Source: Acidimicrobiales bacterium (GTDB taxonomy: Bacteria > Actinomycetota > Acidimicrobiia > Acidimicrobiales > DASWIA01). Taken from it: a stretch of DNA of 64,000 nucleotides. Both the position numbers and the translations under genes were made by a program. The DNA lies in assembly GCA_036397895.1 (NCBI GenBank), contig DASWIA010000047.1, positions 20,237-84,236 of the forward strand, given 5' to 3'. Numbering within the stretch: the stretch's first letter is position 1; every line of letters starts with the position of its first letter. The notes beneath the pieces are model-generated. The model did not search any database. It had not been told where the DNA came from and saw only the letters and a program-made list of their open reading frames with translations. Below are positions 1-10,100 of this stretch, piece by piece.

Positions 1-51
1 GATGAGGTGGAGATCGACGTCGTCCTCAGCGAACGCCCTACCGAGTTCTAG
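1..51 (+). CDS. 3' end of an unidentified CDS entering from upstream of the window (ends DEVEIDVVLSERPTEF)
   Basis: Frame 1 is open from base 1 to TAG at 49-51, with mostly G/C third positions. It is too short to assign a product. Confidence 0.3.
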   Translation, partial: DEVEIDVVLSERPTEF

Positions 52-103
52 TCAGATGGGCCGGGTCGCCTCGGAGGGGTGCCCCGCCGGTGGGTTCGAT
101 CGC

Positions 104-1138
104 CTACCGGCGACGGCGTAGGACGGCAACGACTCCGGCCGCCGCGCCCGCCAGCATGACGCCAGACACCCCAAGGGCCAGGTTCTGACGCTTGTGCGGC
201 GACATCTCGGTCCACGACGAGCCTTCGTGGGCCTCGACGAACGCCTGCTGGTTGGTGTGGGCAGGCTGCCAACCCGCTGACCGCAACCGATCGTTGGCAA
301 CCACCCACGGGTGACGGAGATAGGGCTCGAGGCCGTCGGGCACGTTGGTGATCCCGAGCCGGCGGCCGGCACGGGTGAGTCGCCGTGCCGCTCGCTCCGA
401 AAGCGGTAGGCGCGGCGAGACCCCGGCGAGGGCCAGCACCTCCTCCCCATCGATCCAGCCGTCGGGCGCCACGTTGAACACCCCATCGAGCCGGTCCCGA
501 ACGGCCAGGACCACGGCCGCGGCCAGGTCCTCCCGGTGCAGGAACTGCGCGGCCGGCGCTTCGCTCTTGGGGCGCAGGGCGGCTGCGGTGCGCATGGCCT
601 CGGCCAGCCACGACCGGTCGTGGCTGCCGACGGTCACGGCCGGCCGCAGCACGGTGGCGGTCACACTCGGATGAGCGTCGCGCCACTCGGCGACCAGCCG
701 TTCGACCTCGGCCATGTGCGTGGCATAGGCGAGCTCGTTGTTAGGGCGGAGCGGCGTGTCCTCGGTCAGCGGCACGCGGTTGTCGGGGCGAGCGCCATAG
801 ACCACCGCGCTCGACCGGATCACGATGTGGCTCACCTGCTCCTTGGCCGCCGCGTCCAGGAGCCGCGCCGCCGCCTCGACGCTTCGATGCCCCTCATCGT
901 CGTCAGGAACCGAGCCGGGAACGAACGCGAGGTGGACGACGCAGTCGATGTCGGCCATCAGCTCCTCGAGCGGCGCGGTGGCCAGATCCGCGTGGACCAG
1001 GCGGGTGCACCCGGCCGGCACTGGGCCTCGTTGGCGGTCGAGCCCGACAACCTCAGGCGGGTGCTCGCCGTCCGCCCATCGCTGAGCGACCAGCCGGCCG
1101 AGCTCGCCTCGAGCGCCCGTGAGGAGGATCCGCGTCAT
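104..1138 (-). CDS. NAD-dependent epimerase/dehydratase family protein (SDR fold) with a hydrophobic C-terminal tail
   Basis: This lies in ORF 104..1288. A Rossmann motif (MTRILLTGARGELG) follows the ATG at 1138 (CAT 1136-1138). The C-terminus LALGVSGVMLAGAAAGVVAVLRRRR looks like a membrane anchor. The 50 codons upstream of 1138 do not look like part of the domain. Confidence 0.75.
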   Translation of the reverse strand: MTRILLTGARGELGRLVAQRWADGEHPPEVVGLDRQRGPVPAGCTRLVHADLATAPLEELMADIDCVVHLAFVPGSVPDDDEGHRSVEAAARLLDAAAKEQVSHIVIRSSAVVYGARPDNRVPLTEDTPLRPNNELAYATHMAEVERLVAEWRDAHPSVTATVLRPAVTVGSHDRSWLAEAMRTAAALRPKSEAPAAQFLHREDLAAAVVLAVRDRLDGVFNVAPDGWIDGEEVLALAGVSPRLPLSERAARRLTRAGRRLGITNVPDGLEPYLRHPWVVANDRLRSAGWQPAHTNQQAFVEAHEGSSWTEMSPHKRQNLALGVSGVMLAGAAAGVVAVLRRRR

Positions 1139-1199
1139 GCACCTACGATGCCCTTGTGTCGTTCCCTGGTCCAATGCCCGCCCCGCCCAGGTCGATTCG

Positions 1200-2429
1200 A
1201 TGAGTGACGACCAGCCGCCCGAGGACCCCTTCGGCAACGACGACGACCAGCCGTTCCATGGGGTTCCCTTCTTCGGCGACCTGGCCAAGATGTTCTCGGG
1301 TCAGGGTCCGGTCAACTGGGACCTGGCCCGGCAGATGGCCCAGATGATCGCCACCGAAGGGCAGGCCGAAGCCAATGTCGATCCCACCGTTCGCATGGCG
1401 GTGGCCGACCTGGTGCGCGTGGCCGAGATGCGGGTCGAGGGCGCCACCGGCCTGTCCACATCGACGAGTGGGCACCCCGTCGAGATGCAACCGGTACGGG
1501 CCGGGCAGTGGGCGTCCCAGACCCTCGAGGACTGGAGACCGTTGCTGGAACGGCTCGCCCAAGGGCTGTCCATCGATCGGCCCGGCGACACCGCCGGCAA
1601 CCCCAGCGCCGCGCTGATGGGCGGGTTGTTCCAGATGATCGGTCCGATGATGCTGGGGATGCAGTCGGGGATGATGGTGGGCCACCTTGCTCGGCGCTCC
1701 TTCGGCCAGTACGACCTGCCCCTCCCCCGGGCCCGGCGTGGTGAGCTCCTGCTGCTCACCGACGCATTGGATGGCTTCGCCACCGACTGGAGCCTCCCGC
1801 TCGACGAGGTTCGCCTGTGGATCTGCATCCACGAGCTCACCCATCACGCGGTGCTCGGTCGTCCCGGGGTTCGCGACCGCATCGAAGAGCTGGTGGGCGA
1901 GTACGTATCGAGCTTCGACCCCGATGCCAACGCGCTCGATGACCGTCTGGCCGGTCTCGGCCCCGAGCTGCTCGGAGGCGCGGGCGACGATCCTGCTGCC
2001 GTGCAGAAGGCGCTCCAGGACGCTGTGGGTGATCCCGAGGTGCTCCTCGGCGCCATCCAGAGCGACCACCAGCGGGCGCTCCTCCCGCAGCTCGGCGCGG
2101 TGATCTCGGCCATCGTCGGCTATGTCGACTGGGTCCTCGATGAGGTCGGTCCGGGCTTGATCTCGTCATACGAAGCGCTGACCGAGGCGCTGCGCCGTCG
2201 CCGGGTCGAGACGGCGTCGGGCGATCGGTTCGTCGAGCGCCTGCTCGGCCTCGAGATGAACCAAGCCACCTACGAGCGGGGCGAGCAGTTCATCGCCGGT
2301 GTGGTGGAACGGTCGGGGGCCGGCGCCCTCTCTCGGCTGTGGGAGGCGGCGGACCTGCTACCCACGCCGGCGGAGATCGAGGCGCCCGGCCTCTGGCTGG
2401 CCCGCATCGATCTACCCGCCGACGACTGA
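1200..2429 (+). CDS. Zinc-dependent metalloprotease, DUF2342-like (HExxH)
   Basis: The HExxH motif appears as WICIHELTHHAVLG. I chose the ATG at 1200 (MSDDQPPEDPF) over the ORF-track start at 1119, because 1119-1199 overlaps the 5' end of the divergent gene. Confidence 0.75.
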   Translation: MSDDQPPEDPFGNDDDQPFHGVPFFGDLAKMFSGQGPVNWDLARQMAQMIATEGQAEANVDPTVRMAVADLVRVAEMRVEGATGLSTSTSGHPVEMQPVRAGQWASQTLEDWRPLLERLAQGLSIDRPGDTAGNPSAALMGGLFQMIGPMMLGMQSGMMVGHLARRSFGQYDLPLPRARRGELLLLTDALDGFATDWSLPLDEVRLWICIHELTHHAVLGRPGVRDRIEELVGEYVSSFDPDANALDDRLAGLGPELLGGAGDDPAAVQKALQDAVGDPEVLLGAIQSDHQRALLPQLGAVISAIVGYVDWVLDEVGPGLISSYEALTEALRRRRVETASGDRFVERLLGLEMNQATYERGEQFIAGVVERSGAGALSRLWEAADLLPTPAEIEAPGLWLARIDLPADD

Positions 2430-2463
2430 CCCGTCGTCCCGGTCCAGGGCATCGACCTCGATG

Positions 2464-3774
2464 TCAGGGGGCGGTGGAGGGGGGCAGGGGACGTCGTCGC
2501 ACCTTGGCGAAGAGTCTGTCGTGGCCACCCACCAGGTAGGAGAGCACGGCAAAGGTGGCGGCGCCGGCCACTACCACGAACCCGGCCCGCGCCGGCAGTG
2601 AGATGAGCACCGGCGGCACCGCGCCGATCACCCAGGCCATCTGAAAGCGCGTCTCGAAGCGGGCGAACGAGCGGCCCTGGTTGGCGTCGGGCGCGTCGCG
2701 CTGCACGATGGCGTCGAACGCCGTCTTACCGCTGGCCGCGGCCACCCCCACCGAGGCAGCGAGCAGCGCCACCCACAGCCGGCCGCCGTTGAAGGCAGCC
2801 AGGCCACCCATGACCGACACCAGCAACAGGGCACCGACGAGGATCCGCTCCTCGCGCAGGCTCCGACGCAGCGGAGCGGCCAGCGCGGCGCCGCCCATGC
2901 CGCCGAGGGCACTGAGGGCGATGACCACCCCGAACCACCACGCCGGGGCTCCGTCGGCGCGCAGGAAGAAGGCGACGAAGAAGGTGAGGAAGCCGACGAT
3001 GCCGCGCATCAGGGCCATGGCCGACGCCGCCAGCAGGACACCGGCTCCCCGCAGCTCGGCTCGCTCCAGCTCATCTGTGGGCTTGGCAGCCACCACCACC
3101 TTGGGGATCTTCAATGCGGCCACGGCCGCGGCGGCGAAGGCCACCATGGCGAGGGCCAAGATCCACGTGGCGCCGCCAAGCCGGAGGATGGCGATGCCGG
3201 GGATCCCGATGGCGAAGCCGACCACCCCGCTGGTCACGGTGAGCTTGGAGTTGGCCTCGACGAGCTCGTCGTGGCTTCGGACCACGGTGGGCACCAGGGC
3301 GGAGCGCGCCACAGCATGACTCTTGGCCAGCACCAGCGCCGCGAAGGCCTCGGGGTAGAGCAGGAGACCATCGAGGTCATCGATGAGCAGCAGGCAAACG
3401 ATCGAGCGACCGAAGGCGGCGAGGATGATCATGAGCCGCCGCCCACCGCGGGTGGCATCGATCCACGGCCCGAGCAGCGGCGACACCAACGCGAACGGCG
3501 CCATGGTCAACACCAGGTACAACAGCACCTTCTCGCGGGCCGCTTCGGGGGACACATCGAAGAACACCGAGTTGGCCAGGGCCAAGGTGACCAGCGTGTC
3601 GCCCATGATCGACAGCGCATGGGCCCGCATCAGGCGGGTGAACGCCGACAGGCCTCCCGCTCGGCGAGGAGAGCGGAGCGGCTGCCACCCGGCACCTGCC
3701 TCTGGACGCACCCGGTCATCGTAGGTGAGGCTGGAGGTCAAGAACCGGCCCCCGAACGACGAAACTGAGGCCAT
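2464..3774 (-). CDS. MFS transporter
   Basis: Hydrophobic helices run along the whole length, and there is an MFS motif-A-like loop (GPWIDATRGGRR). The first ATG is at 3774 (MASVSSF); the track start at 3780 is a TTG. The start is uncertain, with Met at LMRAHAL as an alternative. Confidence 0.75.
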   Translation of the reverse strand: MASVSSFGGRFLTSSLTYDDRVRPEAGAGWQPLRSPRRAGGLSAFTRLMRAHALSIMGDTLVTLALANSVFFDVSPEAAREKVLLYLVLTMAPFALVSPLLGPWIDATRGGRRLMIILAAFGRSIVCLLLIDDLDGLLLYPEAFAALVLAKSHAVARSALVPTVVRSHDELVEANSKLTVTSGVVGFAIGIPGIAILRLGGATWILALAMVAFAAAAVAALKIPKVVVAAKPTDELERAELRGAGVLLAASAMALMRGIVGFLTFFVAFFLRADGAPAWWFGVVIALSALGGMGGAALAAPLRRSLREERILVGALLLVSVMGGLAAFNGGRLWVALLAASVGVAAASGKTAFDAIVQRDAPDANQGRSFARFETRFQMAWVIGAVPPVLISLPARAGFVVVAGAATFAVLSYLVGGHDRLFAKVRRRPLPPSTAP

Positions 3775-4477
3775 GTCCAACCTCTCGGATCTTCTCGGTG
3801 GTGTCTACGGCGACGACGGCGATGACGACACCAACGACAACGCCAACGCCGGCGATGACACGCCGACCACCTCCACTCCCCCCGACGCCGGGGATCCCGA
3901 AGAAGCCGCCGTACCCCCCGACGCCCCCGAGCAACCCTCATCTGAGGCCTCGCCGTCCGACCCAGTCCCCGACCCCGGCGACTCAGGCCCCGGCGACTCA
4001 GCGACGTCACCGGCGAGCGACGGACCGGCGTGGGCCAGCGACGACCGCCTCGACGCCGCCTTCGACGAATGGGCTCCAGGATCGCTGCCCGGGCACACCC
4101 GCGACGAGCGCGAGGAGCTGACGTCGGACATCGAAGACGAACCACGGGCGGTAACCGGGATCGAAGCCGCGTCCGATGCGGCGGCCGCCGCCGGATCAGG
4201 CGTGTCGGGTGATCCCACAACCGCGCCGTCTCCCCCCGCGGTGGAGATCGGCGAAGCACTCACTATCGACCGTTCGGCTCCTGACGCTGGTGCCTCACCC
4301 GATGATGCGGTCACCGTGGCCGGCGTAGGGTCGCTTCCCTACGACGAGCCGTCCGAGCCGGCGGCGTCGACAGCCCCCGAGCCGACCGTGCCGGCGACGA
4401 AGTGGCAGCGATCCGACGACGACATCATCCCCCACGGCGGCGTGGGCGGGATCTTGGCCCGGCTGCTGGGTCGCTGA
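3773..4477 (+). CDS. Hypothetical acidic Asp/Pro/Ser-rich protein
   Basis: ORF 3725..4477, with ATG at 3773 (MSNLSDLLGG). G/C-rich third positions are sustained, the composition is low-complexity, and I recognise no motif. Its ATG overlaps the divergent MFS ATG within a CATG at 3772-3775, so at least one of the two starts may be wrong. Confidence 0.45.
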   Translation: MSNLSDLLGGVYGDDGDDDTNDNANAGDDTPTTSTPPDAGDPEEAAVPPDAPEQPSSEASPSDPVPDPGDSGPGDSATSPASDGPAWASDDRLDAAFDEWAPGSLPGHTRDEREELTSDIEDEPRAVTGIEAASDAAAAAGSGVSGDPTTAPSPPAVEIGEALTIDRSAPDAGASPDDAVTVAGVGSLPYDEPSEPAASTAPEPTVPATKWQRSDDDIIPHGGVGGILARLLGR

Positions 4478-4507
4478 ACCAGGTCGCTGAACCAGGTCGC
4501 TGAACCA
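4469..4507. repeat. Perfect 13-bp tandem repeat x3 (GGTCGCTGAACCA) starting in the last codons of CDS 3773..4477
   Basis: Copies lie at 4469-4481, 4482-4494 and 4495-4507. TGA occurs at 4475, 4488 and 4501, which puts one in each of the three frames. The first TGA is the real stop. Confidence 0.95.
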
Positions 4508-4508
4508 C

Positions 4509-5210
4509 TCAGGCGGACGGGACCTGGTACTTGTAGCCGAGGCCGCGGATCGTCACGATCCGCTCGGGATGTGACGGATCGCGTTCGACCTTGGCCCGAA
4601 GTCGCTTGATGTGCACGTCGAGCGTCTTGGTGTCGCCCACGTAGTCGCTGCCCCAGACGCGGTCGATGAGCGTGTCGCGGGTGAGGACCCGGCCGGCGTG
4701 GTCGAGGAGCAGTGTGAGCAGCTCGAACTCCTTGAGCGGCAGCTGCACTTCTTCACCGCGGATGGTGACCTCGTGTCGTTCGACGTCGACCCGGACGTCG
4801 CCGACGGCCACCACGTCGACCGACGGAGCGGCGCGCTCGGACGGAGCCCGCCGGAGGACCGCTCGCATGCGGGCCACCAGCTCGCGCAGGCGGTAGGGCT
4901 TGGTGACGTAGTCGTCGGCACCCACCTCGAGCCCCACCACGGTGTCGACCTCGGAGCCTCGGGCAGTGACCATGATGATGGGGACCTTCGACGACTTGCG
5001 GATCTCGCGGCACACGTCGATGCCGCTCACGTTGGGCAGCATGACATCGAGGAGAACGAGGTCGGGACGGAGGGCGTCGAACATGGTGAGGGCTTCGGAG
5101 CCGTCACGGGCGATGTGGATGCGGAACCCTTCCCGGCGGAGACCGATCTGGAGCGCCTCGAGGAAGCTCTCCTCGTCTTCGACCACCAAGACGCTGGGGC
5201 CGTCTGCCAT
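4509..5210 (-). CDS. OmpR-family response regulator (RegX3/PhoP-like, phosphate two-component system)
   Basis: The receiver domain shows VLVVEDEESF and LVLLDVMLP. The C-terminus is a winged helix (LTRDTLIDRVWG...TLDVHIKRLRAKV). It sits directly downstream of the histidine kinase and the pst-phoU genes. Confidence 0.9.
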   Translation of the reverse strand: MADGPSVLVVEDEESFLEALQIGLRREGFRIHIARDGSEALTMFDALRPDLVLLDVMLPNVSGIDVCREIRKSSKVPIIMVTARGSEVDTVVGLEVGADDYVTKPYRLRELVARMRAVLRRAPSERAAPSVDVVAVGDVRVDVERHEVTIRGEEVQLPLKEFELLTLLLDHAGRVLTRDTLIDRVWGSDYVGDTKTLDVHIKRLRAKVERDPSHPERIVTIRGLGYKYQVPSA

Positions 5211-5225
5211 GGCGAGGTGCTCCGA

Positions 5226-6503
<1,278 letters not shown>

Positions 6504-6545
6504 GGCCGTCAGACTACGAGGGTGGACCGGGCTGGCGCGGCATCG

Positions 6546-7328
6546 TCATGCCTCATCGGCGCCGGAGCGGGGACCGGCTGGATCGGCGTTGGTCTCGCCG
6601 GCGTGGCGGGCCCGGGCCCGGGCTGCGCCCGTGTGCTCCGGAAGCCACCCGGCTGTCATGTACTGGACCCGCTCGGCGATGTTGACGGCGTGGTCACCGA
6701 TGCGTTCGTAGTACCGCCCGATGAGGGCGAGCTGTACGGCGGATTGGAGTTCGGCGCCTTGGGAGTGCCGGCTCTCGAACAGGGCCTGGATGTAGTCGCC
6801 GTGGAGGGTGTCCATGTTGTCGTCCATGTCGTCGAGGGCAGAGGCCAGTGCCTCGTCCTCGTCGGCGAAGGAGTCCACCGCGGCCCGGAACAGCCTCTGG
6901 GCCTCCTCCCCCATCCGTGTGATGTACCCCCGCAGCTTGGGGTCGATCGCCTGGCCGTGGAGGCGGCGGGTCCCCTTGGCGATGTTGGTGACGAGATCGC
7001 CGCTGCGCTCGATCTCGGAGATGAGGTGCATGCAGGTGATGACCCGACGCAGATCGCCGGCGACGGGGGCCTGGAGGGCGATGATCTGGGCACAGCGCTC
7101 CTCGGCATCGGTGGAGGCCAGATCGAGCTCGTCGTCGCCGATGATGAGCTCCTCGGCTCCGACCAGGTCGCCCGCGAGCAGGATCTGGGTGCCGCGGGGG
7201 ATGAGCTCCACCACCATCGAGCCCATCGCCACCAGGTCATGGCTGAGCTGGTCGAGGTTGTCGTGGAAGGTCTTGCGGGCCTCGGTGCGAGGCCGATCCT
7301 CGGGCTCGGGGGCGTTGAACACGCTCAT
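6546..7328 (-). CDS. phoU: Phosphate signaling complex protein PhoU
   Basis: Two PhoU repeats are present (EIERSGDLVTNIAK and YERIGDHAVNIAERV). The ATG at 7328 overlaps the pstB stop (ATGA). Confidence 0.9.
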   Translation of the reverse strand: MSVFNAPEPEDRPRTEARKTFHDNLDQLSHDLVAMGSMVVELIPRGTQILLAGDLVGAEELIIGDDELDLASTDAEERCAQIIALQAPVAGDLRRVITCMHLISEIERSGDLVTNIAKGTRRLHGQAIDPKLRGYITRMGEEAQRLFRAAVDSFADEDEALASALDDMDDNMDTLHGDYIQALFESRHSQGAELQSAVQLALIGRYYERIGDHAVNIAERVQYMTAGWLPEHTGAARARARHAGETNADPAGPRSGADEA

Positions 7329-8167
7329 CAGCCGAACCGCCCGGTGACGTACTGCTCGGTGCGCTCGTCGGAAGGGTTGGAGAAGATCACGTCAGTGTGG
7401 TCGTACTCGACGAGCACCCCGGTGCGGCGGTCGCTCTCCTCGTTGACCTCGGTCACGAAGAACGCGGTGCGGTCGCTGACCCGTGCCGCCTGCTGCATGT
7501 TGTGGGTGACGATCACGATCGTGTACTCGTCCTTGATCTGCTGCATCAGGTCCTCGATGCGGGCGGTGGCGATCGGGTCGAGCGCCGAGCACGGCTCGTC
7601 CATCAACAGCACCTCGGGGTCGACGGCGAGCGCCCGGGCGATGCACAGCCGCTGCTGCTGGCCTCCCGACAGGCCGTAGGCGTTGTCGTCGATGCGATCC
7701 TTCACCTCGTCCCACAGCGCAGCCTTCTGGAGCGACTGCTCGACGATGTCATCGAGCTCGGCCTTGTCTCTCGTCCCCGCCACCTTGGGGCCGAAGGCGA
7801 CGTTGTCATAGATCGACTTCGGGAAGGGGTTCGGCTTCTGGAACACCATCCCGATGCGGCGGCGGACCTCCACGGGATCCACGGCGGGATCGTAGAGATC
7901 GACGCCATGGAAGAGGATCCGGCCGTCGACCCGGGCGATCTCGATGAGGTCGTTCATCCGATTGAAGCACCGCAGCACGGTGCTCTTGCCACAGCCCGAT
8001 GGTCCGATCATGGCCGTGATCTGCCGGCGGTTGATCTGCAAGGCCACGTCGCGGACGGCGGTGAACCCGCCGTAGCGGACCGACAGGTCGACGACATCGA
8101 AGATGACCTCATCGGCGGACGGCGGTGCTCCGCCCTCCGGCTTTGTTCTCGTCTCTGGGTGCATCAT
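7328..8167 (-). CDS. pstB: Phosphate ABC transporter ATP-binding protein PstB
   Basis: Walker A is GPSGCGKST, the signature motif LSGGQQQRL, and Walker [13 protein letters not shown] placed the start at the ATG at 8167 (MMHPETR). An alternative ATG at 8242 would overlap the pstA stop. The rest of the 566-aa track ORF overlaps pstA out of frame. Confidence 0.9.
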   Translation of the reverse strand: MMHPETRTKPEGGAPPSADEVIFDVVDLSVRYGGFTAVRDVALQINRRQITAMIGPSGCGKSTVLRCFNRMNDLIEIARVDGRILFHGVDLYDPAVDPVEVRRRIGMVFQKPNPFPKSIYDNVAFGPKVAGTRDKAELDDIVEQSLQKAALWDEVKDRIDDNAYGLSGGQQQRLCIARALAVDPEVLLMDEPCSALDPIATARIEDLMQQIKDEYTIVIVTHNMQQAARVSDRTAFFVTEVNEESDRRTGVLVEYDHTDVIFSNPSDERTEQYVTGRFG

Positions 8168-8235
8168 GCCGAAGTTCACCTGGCGCCTCGCCGGCAACGC
8201 CGCGGTCGTGATGGACGGGTCAGGGCTCAATCTCA

Positions 8236-9162
8236 TCACCATCGTTGTTCGTAGCGGTTCCGGAGCCAGATGGCGAACCCGTTCATGACGAAGATGAGCA
8301 CGAGCAGCACCAGACTCGCAGCCGCGGCCAGCACGTTCCAACCCTGGCCCGCGGGCAGGCGAGCCCAGGAGAAGATCACCATCGGCATGGCCGTGAACCG
8401 GCCGTGGAGGATCTGCTCGAGCGTCCCCTGAGCGCCGACGAAGAACACACCGCTCACCGCACCGACGAGGAGGAGCGGGGCCGCTTCGCCCGCGGCACGT
8501 GCCAGCGCCAAGACGTTGCCGGTGAGGATCCCCGGGAGCGCGGCGGGAAGCACATGATGCCGGGTGGTCTCCCAGCGGGTGGCGCCGAGAGCGAGGGCAC
8601 CCACACGGATCCCGCTCGGAACCGCCCGGAGGGCCTCCTGGGACGTGATGATCACGATGGGGAGCACCAGAGCAGACAGCGTCAGCCCGCCGGCGATCAC
8701 CGTCCGGCCACCGGTCACGCCGCCGAGTGCCTGGACGAAGATGGCCAGACCCAGCAGCCCGAACACGATGGACGGGACGCCGGCGAGGTTGCGGATGTTG
8801 ACAGAGATGAACCGGGTGAGGCGGGAGTCGCTGGCGTACTCCTCGATGTAGATGGCCGACCCGATCCCCAGCGGGAACGCCACGGCGACGACGATGATCG
8901 AGAGCTGGAGCGTTCCCTTGACGCCCTGCCACACACCAGCGAGCTCCGGGTCGGAGTTCAGTCCCGAGGTCAGGAACGACCAGAGACGTTCGGTGAGGAC
9001 CGACTCGCCGCCGGCGATCATGTCCCACACCAAGGCGGCGAGGATCACGAACGCCAGCACCACCGACAGCACCACGAGGAGGTGGAAGAGCCGGCCCTTC
9101 ACATCGTGACCGCGCCGCGCCAATGAAACGTCACCCACGCCGGCAACGGTGGTGACGGCCAT
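8236..9162 (-). CDS. pstA: Phosphate ABC transporter permease PstA
   Basis: Multi-TM permease with an EAA-type loop ([14 protein letters not shown]), in the position expected within the pstSCAB order. Confidence 0.9.
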   Translation of the reverse strand: MAVTTVAGVGDVSLARRGHDVKGRLFHLLVVLSVVLAFVILAALVWDMIAGGESVLTERLWSFLTSGLNSDPELAGVWQGVKGTLQLSIIVVAVAFPLGIGSAIYIEEYASDSRLTRFISVNIRNLAGVPSIVFGLLGLAIFVQALGGVTGGRTVIAGGLTLSALVLPIVIITSQEALRAVPSGIRVGALALGATRWETTRHHVLPAALPGILTGNVLALARAAGEAAPLLLVGAVSGVFFVGAQGTLEQILHGRFTAMPMVIFSWARLPAGQGWNVLAAAASLVLLVLIFVMNGFAIWLRNRYEQRW

Positions 9163-10094
9163 CAGTACCGCTCCCGGATCCGGCGCACGAACCGGGCGCT
9201 GATCACGTTGAGCAGCAAGGTGACCCCGAAGAGCAGCAGGCCGAGGAAGTACAGGCTCTGGAAGGCGGCGTCGTCACCCTTGACCTGGTCGGTCCCCGCC
9301 CCGAGGGCGGCCATGGCGGCCGTCAGCGTCTGGCCCGGGTCGAAGATCTGGGTGAAGTTCCGGAGCGAGCCGCCCGTGGCGCCCGCGGCGATCGCCACCA
9401 CCATCGTCTCGCCGATGGCCCGCGAGATCCCGATGATGAAGGCGGCGACGATGCCCGACACGGCCGCAGGGAACACCACACGCACGCACGTGGTGGCCTT
9501 GCGGCTGCCCAGCCCGTAGGCCGCTTCGCGCAGCGACGCCGGCACTGCTCGCATGGCGTCTTCGGAGACCGAGGCGATGAGGGGCAAGGTGAGGATCCCG
9601 ACGCCGATCCCCGCCGCGGCCAGGTTGAAGAACGACACGTCGTCGAGGAACCGGCTCAGCAGGTCGGGGGTGATGAAGCTGATGGCGAAGAACCCGATGA
9701 CCACGCTCGGGATCCCGGCGAGCACCTCGATGATCGGTTTGAGCGTCCGTCGAAGACGGGGCGAGGCGTACTCGGAGAGGTAGAAGGCGGCACCGAGCCC
9801 CAACGGAGCGGCGACGACCATGGCCACACCGGTGACGAGGAGGCTGCCGGCGAACAGGGTGAGGAGGTCAAAGGACCCGCGGCGAGGGAACCAGCCGATG
9901 TCCCACAGCGATCCCAGCTCGACCTTCGTGATGAAGCTGGCCGCCTCCCGCGTGAGCGAGACGATGATCAGCAGGCTCACGATGATCGACACCGACGCCG
10001 TGGCCCCGAACACCACCCGCATCGTCTTGTCGCGTCGCATCCGGCGCGCCGTGCCCTGGAGATCGGCCACGGTGAGGGGGGTGGTGCCCACCAT
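9162..10094 (-). CDS. pstC: Phosphate ABC transporter permease PstC
   Basis: Multi-TM permease with an EAA-type loop (REAAYGLGSRKATT). Its stop overlaps the pstA start by 1 nt. Confidence 0.9.
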   Translation of the reverse strand: MVGTTPLTVADLQGTARRMRRDKTMRVVFGATASVSIIVSLLIIVSLTREAASFITKVELGSLWDIGWFPRRGSFDLLTLFAGSLLVTGVAMVVAAPLGLGAAFYLSEYASPRLRRTLKPIIEVLAGIPSVVIGFFAISFITPDLLSRFLDDVSFFNLAAAGIGVGILTLPLIASVSEDAMRAVPASLREAAYGLGSRKATTCVRVVFPAAVSGIVAAFIIGISRAIGETMVVAIAAGATGGSLRNFTQIFDPGQTLTAAMAALGAGTDQVKGDDAAFQSLYFLGLLLFGVTLLLNVISARFVRRIRERY

Positions 10095-10100
10095 GGCGTT

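Noticed and set aside
52-59. The octamer TCAGATGG, which recurs at about 52, 11299 and 35555, each time near a gene end.
   Set aside because: Two to three occurrences of an 8-mer are expected by chance in 128 kb of two-strand sequence. There is no shared flanking context.
4469-4507. CRISPR-like interpretation of the short tandem repeats, also at 15694-15730, 57776-57812 and 28523-28595.
   Set aside because: The units are 13 bp and directly abutting, or 31 bp with 11-bp spacers and only two copies. There are no spacers of CRISPR size and no cas genes in the window.
8168-9028. The N-terminal 287 codons of the 566-aa track ORF 7328..9028, which would extend pstB.
   Set aside because: This stretch overlaps pstA out of frame and translates to Arg/Pro/Gly-rich sequence. 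The conserved PstB domains begin just after the Met pair at 8162-8167.
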